The translations under genes and the position numbers were made by a program. A stretch of DNA of 64,000 bases, from positions 992,001-1,056,000 of the forward strand of contig CBDFLJ010000001.1 of NCBI GenBank assembly GCA_965248835.1. The letters run 5' to 3'. The DNA comes from Alphaproteobacteria bacterium. GTDB lineage: Bacteria > Pseudomonadota > Alphaproteobacteria > MPNO01. The number at the start of each line of letters is the position of its first letter. Within the stretch, counting starts at the first letter, position 1. Shown here one piece after another: positions 62,505 through 64,000 of this stretch. Under the pieces are notes generated by a model. The model did not search any database. It had not been told where the DNA came from and was given only the letters and a program-made list of their open reading frames with translations.

Positions 62505-62680
62505 GCCCGAGGCCGCCGCCCGGTAGGGCGCCTTGCCGGTCCAACCGGACGCGAAGCCGGCCCGTGCCCATATCGGCGCGCGGCGCGCTTGCCCCCGCAA
62601 TTTCGCTTTTGTCGACTTTCATCGGTTTGACGTACGGTCCGCCGCATAGGGCGGCGGGCTCTTGAGGGAAGGATACTGAA

Positions 62681-64000
62681 ATGTTTACCACGCACCGGAA
62701 GGAACTGACCTGGGGCGGCCGCAAGCTGGTCATGGAGACCGGCAAGATCGCCCGCCAGGCCGACGGCGCGGTGCTCGTCACCTATGGCGAGACCACGGTC
62801 CTGTGCACCGCCGTCGCGCAGAAGGAGGCCAAGCTAGGCATCGACTTCTTTCCGCTGACGGTCAATTACCAGGAGAAGGCGTTCGCAGCCGGGCGCATTC
62901 CCGGCGGGTTCTTCAAGCGCGAGGGAAGGCCCTCGGAGAAGGAGACCCTGACCTCGCGGCTGATCGACCGGCCGATCCGTCCGCTGTTCGCCGAGGGGTT
63001 CCGCAACGAGACGCAGGTCATCTGCACCGTGCTGAGCCACGATCTGGAGAATGATCCCGACATCGTCTCGATGATCGGCGCATCGGCCGCGCTGACGATC
63101 TCGGGCATTCCGTTTCTCGGCCCGATCGGCGGCGCCCGCGTCGGCATGATCGAAGGCGAGTTCGTGCTCAACCCGACGCCCGCCCAGCTCGAGGACTCCA
63201 GGCTCGACATGGTGGTCGCCGGGACCGCGGATGCCGTCCTGATGGTCGAGTCCGAAGCCCAGGCGCTGAGCGAGGAGGAGATGCTGGGCGCGGTGATGTT
63301 CGCCCACCAGGAATCCCAGCCGGTGATCGACGCGATCATCGCGCTCGCCGAAGAGTGCGCCAAGGACCCCTGGGACGTTGCGCCGCCCGATCCGGCGATG
63401 GTCGATGTTGCCGACCGCGTCCGCGCGCTGGCCGAGACCGGCCTGCGCGAGGCCTATGCCGAACAGGTCAAGCAGGCCCGCGTCGAGAAGATCGCCGCTG
63501 CCAAGGCCCAGGCCCGGGAGGCGCTCGCGGAGGACGGCAACGGCGACGCGGTCGCCGGCGCGCTCAAGGGCCTGGAAAAGGACATCGTGCGCCATGCCAT
63601 CCTCGATACCGGCATCCGCATCGACGGCCGCGATACCAGGACCGTCCGGCCGATCGAGGCGGAGGTCGGCATGTTGCCGCGCTCGCACGGCAGTGCGCTG
63701 TTCACCCGCGGCGAGACCCAGGCTGTGGTGGTGGCCACGCTGGGGACCGGACAGGACGAGCAGATCATCGATGCCTTGGAGGGCGAATACCGCGAGCATT
63801 TCCTGCTGCACTACAACTTCCCGCCCTATTCGGTCGGCGAGGCGAGCTTTCTGCGCTCGCCCGGACGGCGCGAGATCGGCCACGGCAAGCTCGCCTGGCG
63901 GGCGATCCGCGCGGTGATGCCGACCAAGGACGCGTTCCCCTATACCCTGCGGGTGGTCTCGGAGATCACCGAGTCCAACGGCTCGTCTTCGATGGCCACG
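62681..64000 (+). CDS. pnp: Polyribonucleotide nucleotidyltransferase, running off the window end
   Basis: Translated by hand: [51 protein letters not shown] and ESNGSSSMA. Confidence 0.97.
   Translation, partial: MFTTHRKELTWGGRKLVMETGKIARQADGAVLVTYGETTVLCTAVAQKEAKLGIDFFPLTVNYQEKAFAAGRIPGGFFKREGRPSEKETLTSRLIDRPIRPLFAEGFRNETQVICTVLSHDLENDPDIVSMIGASAALTISGIPFLGPIGGARVGMIEGEFVLNPTPAQLEDSRLDMVVAGTADAVLMVESEAQALSEEEMLGAVMFAHQESQPVIDAIIALAEECAKDPWDVAPPDPAMVDVADRVRALAETGLREAYAEQVKQARVEKIAAAKAQAREALAEDGNGDAVAGALKGLEKDIVRHAILDTGIRIDGRDTRTVRPIEAEVGMLPRSHGSALFTRGETQAVVVATLGTGQDEQIIDALEGEYREHFLLHYNFPPYSVGEASFLRSPGRREIGHGKLAWRAIRAVMPTKDAFPYTLRVVSEITESNGSSSMAT

Overview
High-GC alphaproteobacterial chromosome segment; gene content and order suggest a Rhodospirillales-like organism (inference). 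It has three zones. (1) 1-14,347 is an accessory region downstream of the 3' end of tRNA-Arg(CCT). It holds a decayed tyrosine integrase, terS and terL remnants, a broken IS66, an OMP beta-barrel gene, a doubly frameshifted autotransporter-like gene, an orphan Phd antitoxin, a TRAP transporter, an orphan ABC substrate-binding protein and a degenerate tRNA-fMet 3' half. It also holds a small putative operon: a 51-aa ORF, a tandem nitrile-hydratase-leader (NHLP)-like protein and an alpha/beta hydrolase. (2) 14.5-18.9 kb is an oxygenase-rich cluster: an atypical LigB-class dioxygenase, a pair of cupins resembling a split bicupin, a TauD-family enzyme, a third cupin and a MaoC/HTD2-type hydratase. 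(3) 19-64 kb is intact core genome: ada-like, nth, typA, ampG, phoR-like, mutS, glnD, murJ, trpS, ddpX, tsaB, rimI, mucR, fur, olsBA, miaB-phoH-ybeY-corC-lnt, metK, trmB and rimP-nusA-ylxR-infB-rbfA-truB-rpsO-pnp. The best candidates for undescribed biology are the double-NHLP operon and the split-cupin/atypical-LigB cluster. All calls come from motif recognition by eye; no database searches were run.
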